A DNA stretch of 64,000 bases from Azolla caroliniana (lineage: Eukaryota; Plantae; Polypodiophyta). The notes under the pieces are model-generated. The model searched no databases and was not told where the DNA came from. It worked only from the letters and a program-made list of their open reading frames with translations. The position numbers and the translations under genes were made by a program. Location: positions 682,001-746,000 of the forward strand of contig JBHGNT010000013.1 in the NCBI GenBank assembly GCA_043228905.1, in the 5' to 3' direction. Below are positions 1 to 10,995 of the stretch, in pieces (the first letter of the stretch is position 1; each line of letters opens with the position of its first letter).

Positions 1-831
1 TAATTCAGCAAGCTACCATATAAGGACTGATGTTAAGTCTATCACATTGGGTCGTATATGGCATCTTATATCTATGAGCTAGATACTAATATTTTTCTTC
101 CTAGTATCTCTATGAATACATATTTTTCCATGTCTGTATATGTTGTAGATCCGAACGAGGCTACAGGCCTGTTATGAAACAGCATTGGAGGAAAGAAAAA
201 ATGCAGAAATAGATAGAAAGTCAAAAGAAGAGAGAGCTCAAAAAGCTTTGGAGGAGGAGGAAGCACTCATGGCAATTGAAGAAAAGGAGTCGAATAACCT
301 CAATATTGAGGCTGAGACCTCTGCACGGGTATAGTTTCAGGTTTTGTTATTCTAGTTCTAATATTGGCGCGAGATTAACACTTATTATTTCTTTTATCTC
401 TGAATTTCCAGTTAAGAGAGAGTATTATGGACCATGGAAGCACCATCGATGTCTTACAGTAAGTTCTTGGTGAAATATTTGTCATATAAACTCTAAAATA
501 AGAGAGAATGTAATACATTTTCACCTTCCAAGGGCTAGGCAAATGTGTGTACGTCAATGGTTTTTGCCATTAAAGGACTTAAAAAAGTAAAGCATGATAC
601 ATTATTTAACGTACAGTTGTGTTTTTCTTCTGAAATTCTAAAAAGAAAGAATCTAATACATGTTCCATATGAAGGGGTGAGATTGGTGTACTTTGTGAAG
701 ATGTAGAGTCTTTCAAGAAACAAGTTGAGGAGGGAATATGGTCATCAACGAGTACAGCTAGCACACATTCAGGGATAAATCCAGGTGGGCCATATAGCTT
801 CAGAAGGTGTTATCAGCTCTCTGTAGATTCA

Positions 832-1482
832 ATGCAAGATCCAAGGAAAAGCTTTGGAAGTGACAAATCCAACAATGATGGCTCAAACTTATCTCAGAGT
901 AGAGATTCCATCGCAAGATTTGGGAGATTGTATAATAATGCACCGTCGTCGCCATTGGACCAAGTATCATATGAGAACATGACAAGTCGAGGCAAACATA
1001 ATTATATGGCCTCAGGAATCGTTAATGAATCTACTTCAACAAGTGATTGCCTTAACCTTCAGGACAGTACGAATGATGAATTTATTTATCCAGCTGATGC
1101 AAATTCAAGCTTAAGTGAGCCAGCACTAGGTCTTCCCCTAGGGACTCCTTACAAAGATACCATACAAGATAGGTCATTGGTGGATGTTTCCTATGGTTAT
1201 GGGATAGATAGAAATCTTCTTCAACAAGTTCTAAACCATAAAAATGAAGACCCTTTTCATCAAACTAAAGAAAGAGCGGATTCTCTGATCAAGCCTGCAA
1301 AATACATACATTATTCATCCAATCTTCCGTCTTCTAATGATAGTGATTGTGAGTGGAAGCGGAGAAGCACGGTTGGTGATTGGGTTCTTACAAGTGAGCA
1401 GTTTGAAGAAATGAGCTCTTCTTCTTCTTCTACTACTAGCTCTCTAGTAAAACTCGGGATTGATGACTTCATGAATGGGTAA
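832..1482 (+). CDS. Unassigned 216-aa Ser-rich ORF, possibly the terminal exon of a host gene
   Basis: Long open frame in AT-rich, non-repetitive-looking DNA, preceded by a possible acceptor (ctctgtag) and followed by AATAAA-like sequence. No recognisable domain. Confidence 0.3.
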   Translation: MQDPRKSFGSDKSNNDGSNLSQSRDSIARFGRLYNNAPSSPLDQVSYENMTSRGKHNYMASGIVNESTSTSDCLNLQDSTNDEFIYPADANSSLSEPALGLPLGTPYKDTIQDRSLVDVSYGYGIDRNLLQQVLNHKNEDPFHQTKERADSLIKPAKYIHYSSNLPSSNDSDCEWKRRSTVGDWVLTSEQFEEMSSSSSSTTSSLVKLGIDDFMNG

Positions 1483-2499
1483 ATAAATAATGCATTGTTT
1501 TTTAATTGCACATATGTAAAAAAAAAATAAAAAATCTCCAATAGTTATAGTATTATCTTATCTACCCAACCTTTGTAAATTGTTTTTGGAACTAGTCTCC
1601 CCACCATTGTAAGAAATGGGCCTTTTTGTAGAAACCTCTCACCTTCTAGACACATTGAAACATCACTACTGCAACCCTTCATTGTTTATGAACATTTGTG
1701 AAAGTTTTGACTTTATGACCTAGCATGGCCTCATATATATATATATATATATAACTTTTCTTGTACATTGTTAATGTCTTTCAAGCATGGTCTAATATAC
1801 TTTTCATTGGCTTTTGTTTACAAAATAAATCTAAATGCATAGCTTAAGTAAGAATATATTGGCCATTAATGTTTGTAGAGAACACTTTTATTCTTGATAT
1901 TTACTATATACATGGCCACATGAAAGATTCCCAAGTTCAAGGAAATATCTTATAGCTGAAGACAAACATCTATTCTTGATGTGTTATGATGAATGGTATT
2001 GCAGCTTGTTGAAAATGACAACATAAAGCTAAGGTAAATTTGTAGATGTAACAGGTAATGAATTTCATATGTGATATGGTGTCTTTCTTTTCAAGGCTGA
2101 GAGGGGGTTTGCATAAAGTTCTTTTTGTGCATGTCTTCTATTGAAACCACAATGACGGATAGAGAATGGTTACATTTAACCTTGGCGGAGGGATTGCAGT
2201 AACCATGGGTTCATAAATGTATTGCAGTCTAACTAGACGTAGTGATTTATTTGTAGGTTTTCATAATCATTATTGTTCAAGTTTTTATATTAGACTTAAA
2301 AAGAATCGTGAAGGGTTTATGAGGCAAAAGAGATATATGTGTGTATGTCCTTATATCTGTATCAAAGGTACAAAAGGAGAAAATAGATAATGAGAGGAAA
2401 TAGATATATCTTTAAGATTCGCAAGAGATTGGTTGCAATCCATTTGATGGGGCTAAGCCTATGGGGAGATAAATAGCTATCTTTTTGATGTCCATGAAA

Positions 2500-2930
2500 G
2501 ATTGATCACTTATGCCTTGTCTCACGTTGTATTGAATATCAGCGAAGTTGTATGGAAGCAATAGTTCGGATGACAATGGAATGGGCTTTGACATGTGTTA
2601 ATGTGAGTGGTTTTCTCTTCAATGAAGAATATGGTTTTGTAGTTAGGTGCAACATATGTAATATATTGTGTTAAGTGTGAGCGTCCAAATTTTTCTAATG
2701 TCATGATACATTGGTGTTGCAAAAAGGTTTCATTCACAGAGGAATCTATTTATGCATCATGGAGCAAGTGTGTTGTATCTCATTTTTCAAACCATTTTTC
2801 TATAATCAGAAGCAAGATTTTGCTTTTATGTGTCTTTTAGACCTTTTTGCTTGCTTCCCATGCAATTCTAAGAAGTCAATATATTGAACCTTACTAAGAA
2901 GTCAATATAAGGGGCTTTTTGAACTCATTA
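2500..2930 (-). mobile_element. Degenerate 3' fragment of RTEX-like LINE (same family as 6035-7796)
   Basis: Peptide FLQHQCIMT..APNYKTIFFIE and the nucleotide sequence match the LINE copies near 6480-6750 and 46960-47230. Confidence 0.7.
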
Positions 2931-3233
2931 AACTCACATGGGAAGTAAGCAAAAGGGACTTCTTAGAACCTCATTAAACTCACATAGTTGAGCTCTTCTA
3001 TGGGTTACTTAAGAAGGGGCAAAAATTCAAATGGGAGGACGAGCACATAGACATGATGAAGAGGTTGATGATGTTGGTAACACGCCAACTTTGAGAAAAA
3101 CCATGTGTAAAGAGGGAATGCGTGGATCTACATGACTATAGATATGAGTCCAATTGGGACTAGATGGGTCATCACTCAAGAGGGAGATGAGTGACTGTCA
3201 CGCCATATATTTAGGGCAAATGTGCTTAGTGAG

Positions 3234-3400
3234 TGTTGAGAGACAAGTGCAACATGAGTCAGATAGCCATAGGAGATTTAACGTGGAAAACCCTAAATGG
3301 GAAAAACCATAGAAGCCCACAGACTCTGAACAGAATCACCATATGGATGAGAATACAAGAGACTCTAAGGCAACGACCTTGTCAAGATCAATGACCTTGA
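3234..3400 (-). mobile_element. Fragment of a Copia-type LTR related to element C LTR
   Basis: Begins TGTTGA and shares CGTGGAAAACCCTAAATGGGAAAAACCA and AAGGCAAC.ACCTTG with the LTRs at 25459 and 30215. Confidence 0.55.
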
Positions 3401-4875
3401 TAGTAGCTAATTAGCTATTAAGAGTAGCTAATTAGCTATGTTTAGTAGCTAATTAGTTCTTGACATAGTTAACTAGCTATTTCCAATAACTAATTAGCTA
3501 TGATCATATTTTGATGTAGCTAATTAGCTATTACAAGTAGGTTGTTAGCTATGGTCATATTCTGTGGCTAATTAGTGATAGTTATAACTAATTAGCTGAT
3601 AATAGCTAGTTAGCTATTAAGAGTAGTTAATTAGCTATTAAGTGTAGCTAATTAGCCACAGATCTATTAAGAGTTGCTGCTATGGTCATATTCTGAGGTA
3701 ACTAATTAGCTATTGTGGTAGCTAATTAGCTGATAATAGTTAAATTGGCTATTGGCAATCACTATTTAGCTATTACTAGTAGCTAGTTAGCTATAGTCAT
3801 ATTTTGAGATAACTAATTAGCTGATAATAACTAAGTTTACTATGTGAATAACTATTTAGCTATTACCAGTAGCTAGTTAGCTATGGTCATATTCTGAGGT
3901 AGCTAATTAGCTATTGTGGTAGCTAATTAACTGATAATAGCTAAATTGGCTATTGGCAATTACTATTTAGCTATTACCAGTAGCTAGTTAACCATGGTCA
4001 TATTCTGAGATAGCTAATTAGCTATTGTGGTAGCTAATTAGTTGATAATAGTTAAGTTTACTATTGGCAATAACTATTTAGCTATTACTAGTGGCTAGTT
4101 AGCTATGGTCATATTCTGAGATAGCTAATTAGCTATTGTGCTAGGTAATTAGCTGATAATAGCTAAATTAGTTATTAGCAATCGCTATTTAGCTATTACC
4201 ATTAGCTAGTTAGCTATGGTCATATTTTGAGATAGCTAATTAGCTATTGTACTAGGTAATTAGCTGATAATAGCTAAACCCTAAACCCTAAACCCTAAAC
4301 CCTAAAGCCACAGATCTATTAAGAGTTGCTGCTATGGTCATATTCTGAGGTAACTAATTAGCTATTGTGGTAGCTAATTAGCTGATAATAGTTAAATTGG
4401 CTATTGGCAATCACTATTTAGCTATTACTAGTAGCTAGTTAGCTATAGTCATATTTTGAGATAACTAATTAGCTGATAATAACTAAGTTTACTATGTGAA
4501 TAACTATTTAGCTATTACTAGTAGCTAGTTAGCTATGGTCATATTCTGAGGTAGCTAATAGCTAATTAGCTGATAATAGTTAAATTGGCTATTGGCAATC
4601 ACTATTTAGCTATTACTAGTAGCTAGTTAGCTATAGTCATATTTTGAGATAACTAATTAGCTGATAATAACTAAGTTTACTATGTGAATAACTATTTAGC
4701 TATTACCATTAGCTAGTTAGCTATGGTCATATTTTGAGATAGCTAATTAGCTATTGTGGTAACTAATTAGCTGATAATAGTTAAGTTTACTATTGGTGAT
4801 AACTATTTAGCTATTACCAATAACTAGTTAGGTATGGTCATATTTTGAGGTAGCTAATTAGTTAACTAACTAAGC
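3400..4875. repeat. AT-rich satellite with ~111-bp monomer built from the palindrome TAGCTAATTAGCTA, with a 652-bp higher-order duplication
   Basis: The ATRGTCATATT anchor recurs at 3682, 3793, 3883, 3994, 4105, 4216 and 4334 (mostly 111-bp spacing). The unique block GCCACAGATCTATTAAGAGTTGCTGC occurs at ~3655 and ~4307. Confidence 0.9.
4274..4306. repeat. Interstitial plant telomeric repeat CTAAA(CCCTAAA)4
   Basis: Four perfect CCCTAAA units at 4279-4306. Confidence 0.9.
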
Positions 4876-4882
4876 TCAAAAA

Positions 4883-5757
4883 TCAAAACAAAAGTTGAGA
4901 TGATTGTAAATACCTGAGATACTCAAGAAGATGAATGGGATGCTCCTCGTATTGACTCCTTCCAACACGTTTCCTGCATAAATCCTTCTTATTGGGTGAA
5001 ACCCTAGTCTCATTAGTCCAAAATATAGTGATTATATCCTTGATTTCTGATGTTATGGGTGTCATTGGCTTACATCTTGTTGTTAGCTTTAGCAGACTAG
5101 TTCCTTCACCACTTGAAATTGTACGGTTCATTGTATTGTACACAGTTTTTCTACTAACATCAATTACCTTAGATAGCACACTGATGTTAAGATCGTCAAC
5201 ATCATTATTAAGTAACATCATTAGACTAGACCTTTTTAAGACAAGATCATCTTTTGTCCTACTCATGGATACGAAACTATAACAGAGATTATTTACTAGT
5301 ATAGATGTTATGTTTGCATTGAGACCATCACAATCAACAAACTCCTTTATTGATGGAACATTTAATATTCCATAAAGTACTACCTTCTTGTCTTCATTGC
5401 TGATGTGCTTGGTCTGAACATTGAAATAGTCTACAACCTTTCTCTCTATGATAATAGTCTCATTACTTCCATTCTGAGTGGTATTCAGACCTACATCGCA
5501 ACCAATACTATCCTTACCTTTAGTGAATGTGGCTTTTGTATCCTTCAACAATTGACAATGTTTCCTTTTTTTTCTGCCCAATACTTTCGTATCGCTTGTT
5601 GTGTCCTGATTGCGTCATCCCTATCTTGATGATCCATGAGGGGTATTGGTAAACACCCTCCTCCCCCTTCCATTTGGCTTGTCATATTCATCAGTAAAAT
5701 TCCACAAAAAAAAGACATGTAGCTAGTTACTAAACCACATGCAAACCGGTTATTCAT
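4883..5757 (-). pseudogene. Broken ORF, possibly a DNA-transposon protein N-terminal exon
   Basis: 232-aa ORF plus an upstream overlapping frame. The motif FWTNETRVSPNKKD..RKR...YEEHPIHLLE recalls DNA-transposon-associated proteins (superfamily not determined). A donor-like CAG/GTATTT lies near 4915. Confidence 0.35.
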
Positions 5758-5894
5758 AGGTGCAATCCCACCATTGGTAAGTTTATGTTTGTTGCAGCGG
5801 AGTGAAAGCTACTCAACCACCGTTGGGAATGAGCTAAGATGACTATGGGCAACAACAATACACAAAATTATACACAACAATAAACAAGATAATC

Positions 5895-6037
5895 AACAAA
5901 TGGAACAATTATTGTAATCTAGGACCGAACAGTGGCGACGACTAAATGTAGAATGGTGGCAATGGAGGAGTGAACTCTGTTAGATCGAACAATGGTAGAT
6001 GATGCTTGGAACACACAGTGGTGGAAACTGAGTGTAG
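5895..6037. repeat. Minisatellite, left part (AACTGAGTGTAGAATGGCGGCAATGGAGGAGTGAACTC family)
   Basis: Same unit as the array at 7797-8335. The two parts flank the LINE. Confidence 0.7.
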
Positions 6038-7796
6038 ATAGATAGATAGATAGATAGATTATATTATCGTCTTCGGAGGTCAAATATGACCTATGAGACC
6101 AAAAATATTACATTTCATGTGCTACGTGTGAAGGTGAGTAGCGAGTCTCAATGTTCAAGAACTTTACCAATGAATGTTGCAATCGAGAGTGCACATCATG
6201 GTTGTGAGAGAAATTCGTGCAAGGATTGGGCTTGATTGAAGAGATGTGGAAAGCATGGTCAAATATGATCAAAGGCAGAGCATTGTATCAAAGTGTGATA
6301 CTCAGACTCTCAAACTTGTTTAGGGCAAAGTGTGCATAGTCGGCCACTCTCATCACTTGTGCCCCAATGCCTCGTCTCACATCTCAATGCGTGCGAGCTA
6401 AGTTGCATGGAAGTAATGGTTCGAATGGCAGATATTGGGATGGCCTCAAACATGTATCGATGTGTACGACTTCCCTGTTCCACGAAGAATATGGTTTTGT
6501 AGTTAGGTGCAACATTTGTAGTATAATGTGTGAAGCGCGAGCCACCACATTTGTCCCATGTCATGATACATTGGTGTTGCAAAAAGGCCCCATTTACATA
6601 GGAATCTAGTGACACATCATGAAGCAAGTGTCTTGCATCCCATCTACCAAACCATTTTTCTAAATCTTGTATCAAACCAGAACACAAAATTTTGCTTTTA
6701 TGCGTCTTTTGGATCTTTTTGCTTGCTTCCCATGCAATTCTAGGAAGTCGATGTGAGGGGCTTTTTTGAACCTTAAGCATATATTCAACAACCCTTTCCA
6801 TGGCCATGATCTCATGATCTCAATGGGAAGTGATCCCGTCTCAAGGAGGAGGGTGTAGAGCATTTAGGGATGCTACCGCCCCATACTTCCACCCCATAGA
6901 GAAGAACTGGGGTCACCAAAGTGTCAAAAAGATATTTCTTGAGGACCCAACACTTAATATCTCCAAGATTGCATGTGTTCTCAAATGCATAATATGCTTG
7001 CTTACCTACCTCTAAGCGGCTTGTAGCATATTCATTCCATTTATGATTTGAAGGAACTTCAAGGCCAAGATATTTGAAGCTTTCCACACATTCAAGTGGC
7101 TCATTGTTGTACATAATGCATGGTTTATCTCTTTTTTGACTCTTCACAAGCATAATATTTGTTTTAGAGCTATTGACACTTAATCTAGTATGCATGCAAA
7201 TTTTTTCCAATGCCTTCATAAGCTTTTGTGCATCTCCTGAAGTATATGCAAAAAGCACTATATCATCCGCATATAACAAAAGCATAATCACAACATTCCC
7301 AATGGCAACGTCTTCAACACATTCTTCCTTTACAAACTTGGTAACCATTTCTTCTAATTCATCAATGCATAGACCAAATAATGTTGGTGAGAGTGAGCAT
7401 TCTTGCTTAACACCAATAGTGCTATTGAAAAAATCTAAAAGTCTATCTCTCATACGCACACAACATATAACCTTCTCATATATTCGGGAAATTGCAAGCA
7501 TATATTCACTTGGCACCTCAAGTTCTTCCATCCGCCTCCAAAGATGCTCACAAGGTACCATATCAAAAGCTTTCTTGAAGTCTACAAAGCAACAATTTAA
7601 ACCTTTACCTTTAAGGCGACTTTCCTCCATTAATACTAAAAGAGTGACAAGATGATCAATGGTGCTATGGTGTTTTCGAAAACCAATTTGTCCATAATCT
7701 CTCTTACCATTTTTTTCTGCCCATACACTAATGATTGATTCCATTATACATCCAAATAGTTTTGCCATTAATGAGCCAACCATGATGGTTCGATAG
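6035..7796 (-). mobile_element. 5'-truncated RTEX-like LINE (RT plus C-terminal Zn motif) with (TCTA)n tail
   Basis: Motifs GFRKHHSTIDH, FVDFKKAFD, GVKQECSLSP, LLYADD, FKYLG and LSSHALRCE..C..C. (TAGA)n tail at 6035-6059. Confidence 0.9.
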
Positions 7797-8335
7797 GAGG
7801 AGGAGTGAACTCCATCGGATCGAACAGTGGCAGCAATCCATGACCGAATAGTAGCAGCAATTGAGTGTAGAATGGCGGCAATGGAAGAGTGAACTCAATA
7901 GGAGCGAACAATGGCGGATGATGCTTGAACTGAATAGTGGCGAAAATTGAGTGTAGAACGGAGGAAATGTAGGAGTGAACTCTGTCGGATCAAACAATTA
8001 TTGCAATCTAGGACAGAACAGTGGCGGCAACTGAGTATAGAATGGTGTCAATGGAGGAGTGAACTCCATCAGATCGAACAATGGCATATGATGCTTGGAA
8101 CACACCATGTCAGCAACTGAGTGTAGAATGGCGGTAGTGGAGGAGGAGTGAACTCCGTCGGATCGAACAATGGCAACAATCCACGGTCAAATAGTAGCGG
8201 CAACTGAGTGTAGAATGGCGGCAATGGAGGAGTGAACTCAATAGGAGCGAACAGTGGTAGATGACGCTTGGACTGAACAATGGCAACAACTGAGTGTAGA
8301 ATGGAGGCAAGGGAGGAGTGGACTCAATAGGGTTT
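7797..8335. repeat. Minisatellite, right part, degenerate ~80-bp units
   Basis: Repeated GAGTGTAGAATGGCGG..GGAGTGAACTC..GAACA(G/A)TGG blocks. Confidence 0.8.
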
Positions 8336-8599
8336 AGGAAGAGTGGCAGTAATCTAACCCTGAATAGTCACAAAGTGATGGCCAAAGTGATGTGGCAATG
8401 GATCATGCATAATGGACCTAGGAATTCGGTATATAATATATGGTGCACATATCCATTTATGCTGCATGTTTATGTTGCACATTTATGGTGCTCATTTATA
8501 TAATTAAAACATTCTAATGTTTTCATTCATGGTGCAAAAATGACTATTTATCACTGGTAACTTTTTGCATAGCTAATTGTTTCCACTTGCATGCTTTCA

Positions 8600-9792
8600 C
8601 CCCTAGATGTCGCGGTAGCAAAGGGGTGGCATTTGCATAAGATGGATGTAAAGAATGTGTTCCTGCAAGGTGAGCTTCAGGATCAGGTGTACATGGTACA
8701 ATCCCCCGGATTTGTATCTGAATTGAACACATTGACAGTTTTCTGACTGAAGAAGTCCCTCTATGGACTTAAGCAAACCCCGCGTGCCTAGAATGGGAAG
8801 ATCATGCAGAGGTTGCGTAGGATGGGGTTTGCTCTGTCAAAATCGGACCCTTCATTGTTAATTCAGTAGAGTCGGACTAGACTGATAAACATTTTGCTAT
8901 ATGCCGATGATTTAGTCATCGCCGATGCCGACCTAGAAGAGCCAACGACTCGGGATCCAAGTGATTTGCACCCCTGAAGGCATACTGATGAGCCAACGAC
9001 ATTATGTGCTGAGCATGCTCTTCAAGTTCGGGATGACATATTGTAAATCCGTCGCAATTCCTCTAGACCAAATTGTAAAGCTTCGTCCCGAATCAGGAAA
9101 GACGTGCGACCTAACACGGTTCCAATAGATTGTCGGAAGCCTAATATACTTGACCATCACCCGTTCGAACCTCAGCTATCCGGTCGGACTGATAAATCAG
9201 TTTATGTCACAACCAAAGATTGAACACCTTCAGTGCGTGCAAAGGATTTTGCAATATGTCAACGACACTAAGGATAGGGCGTTGCTATATCGGACTGGGG
9301 TAGCCGAGGAGTTGGTCGGCTACACGGATGCCGATTGATATGGCTGGAAATGCCGACAATCAAAGGTCAACATCCGGTTTTGCATTTTCATTGGGAAGTG
9401 TCATGATTGCCTAGAGCAGTAAGAAGCAGTTGACAATTGCACTGTCGAGCACTGAGGCCAAGTATCAAGGAGCAGCTGTCACGACATGCGAAGCCATATG
9501 GCTCAAGAGGTACTTGAAGGATCAACATGTGGAGGTGTCTGAGTTGACAGTCATATACTATGACAACCTCGGTAGCATGCAACTAGCCAAGCTCTGTCTA
9601 CCACTCCGGGACAAAGCAAATTGAGGCACACTATCATTTTGTCCACAAGCAAGTTGTCTCAAGTGAAGTCGAACTTGTATATGTTCCGAAGCAGGCCACC
9701 GATATTTTCACCAAACCTCTCGGCTTGGACAAGTTGCGGCATTTTTCAAGCATGCTTGGCTTGCAGCATCGCAACATGTCGAACTTGAGGGG
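8600..9792 (+). pseudogene. Degenerate Ty1/Copia RT-RNase H (element D1)
   Basis: MDVKNVFLQGEL, LKKSLYGLKQ, LLYADD, GYTDAD, IALSSTEAKY, DIFTKPL and terminal LRG, with many stops and frameshifts. Confidence 0.85.
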
Positions 9793-10390
9793 GAGGAGTG
9801 AAGCCGGAAAGACGGAGGAGAGATGATGTTCAAAACGCTGAATCAAATGAGGAGTTCGATTTTGGAACGACTGAAAAAGTCAGTGGCACATCCGGATCGG
9901 CTGAAGAAGCTGAGGACACATCGGACATGAAGACAAGTGGAAGAGGAGCAACCAAGCGGAGATAAACTAGCTACAGATGGAGCAGTCAGAGGAAAGAGTC
10001 GGAGTCAAAGCCAACTGAACAAGGGGGAAGTAGAGCAAAAAAAGGCAAGGCAGGTGGGAGAGCGAAGAATGTTAGAGCCGACCTGAACAAGAAGATCAAA
10101 GTCGACAGTACACAGACCACAAAAAATTGAACTATAGAGACACAAGATGTTTACGTGGAAAACCCGAAATTGGAAAAACCACAGGAGCCCACAGACTCCG
10201 AACTGAATCACTATATCGAGAGGGAATAGACAACAAGAATCTCAAGGCAATGACCTTGAGTTCTTGTTCGTCTGAAAGACGACTATAGAGGTACAACTCA
10301 CTCACACACTTTCTCTCACTCTCTAGTTGAATCAGAGACAGTTGGTTTGGTCAAGGAGAGTGATTCGGAAGAGTCAAATCAAGTGAAGGC
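9793..10390 (+). mobile_element. 3' non-coding/LTR region of Copia D1, left half (target of element A), including an inverted C-like LTR fragment at ~10130-10330
   Basis: Joining across TSD AAGGC gives GAAGGCCAAATGGAC, homologous to GGAGGCCAAATGGAC at ~62943. CGTGGAAAACCC..GAAAAACCAC motif at ~10154. Confidence 0.6.
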
Positions 10391-10879
10391 TATTAACCGT
10401 TTTGCTGGAAACACCTTTGATATGCCTACAAGCTATCGGTATCAAGGGAAGTGTAATCGTGAAGACTTGTGCATGGAGGTGTCATTAGGGGAAGAACATA
10501 GAGAGTATACTTGGAATAGAGCCCGGGTCGTATATGTAGTTGAGACCTTAGAAACGACGGCACACAGATGAAATCAACAAGAGCTAATAGATATGTATTA
10601 CTGCAATAGTTAGCGATGATTACAAAAAACACGGCCCGCAGTGGGTAGCCTTACAAACCTCTTATAACTATGAAACAACCTCACCTAGGCTTTGGATCTC
10701 CCCTTTGTCGAGGTACGCAGACCTCGGTTTATATACTTTTTCTTCTTCATCCAGAGCTGAGTAGTCGGCTGACTGTGAGGCTCGAAACTCGGCGTTTACC
10801 TAACTCTACCTTACCTACTCGCTTTACCTACTCGCCTTATTACATTTAACTAATTTATATTTTTGTCCCATGGACAACA
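10391..10879 (-). repeat. 3' LTR of element A
   Basis: Colinear with 35906-36380, with scattered substitutions and a short tandem duplication. One terminus is mutated (TA instead of TG). Confidence 0.95.
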
Positions 10880-10881
10880 CC

Positions 10882-10920
10882 TGGCACGCCCGTGGGACAG
10901 GACTTTGTCCGTCGGACCCA
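10882..10920 (-). promoter_or_regulatory. tRNA-3'-end-like motif occupying the PPT position of element A
   Basis: Element sense reads TGGGTCCGA-C-GGAC-AAA-GTCC-T-GTCCCACGGGCGTGCCA-GG-[LTR TGTTG]. There is no adjacent purine tract. Confidence 0.8.
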
Positions 10921-10995
10921 TGGTTCACCATGGATTTAGCAAAACCACACGAATTACAAAAACTGCCCGTTCCTACGAGGGCTGATAGGTTGGTT

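Noticed and set aside
3400-4875. Regularly spaced palindromic repeats resembling a CRISPR array
   Set aside because: The intervening sequences are themselves repeated rather than unique spacers, there are no cas genes, and the context is eukaryotic TE DNA.
10880-10900. Reading element A as a plus-strand element because of the PBS-like sequence after the left LTR
   Set aside because: All gag/pol domains are on the minus strand, and a PBS exists next to the right LTR upstream of gag.
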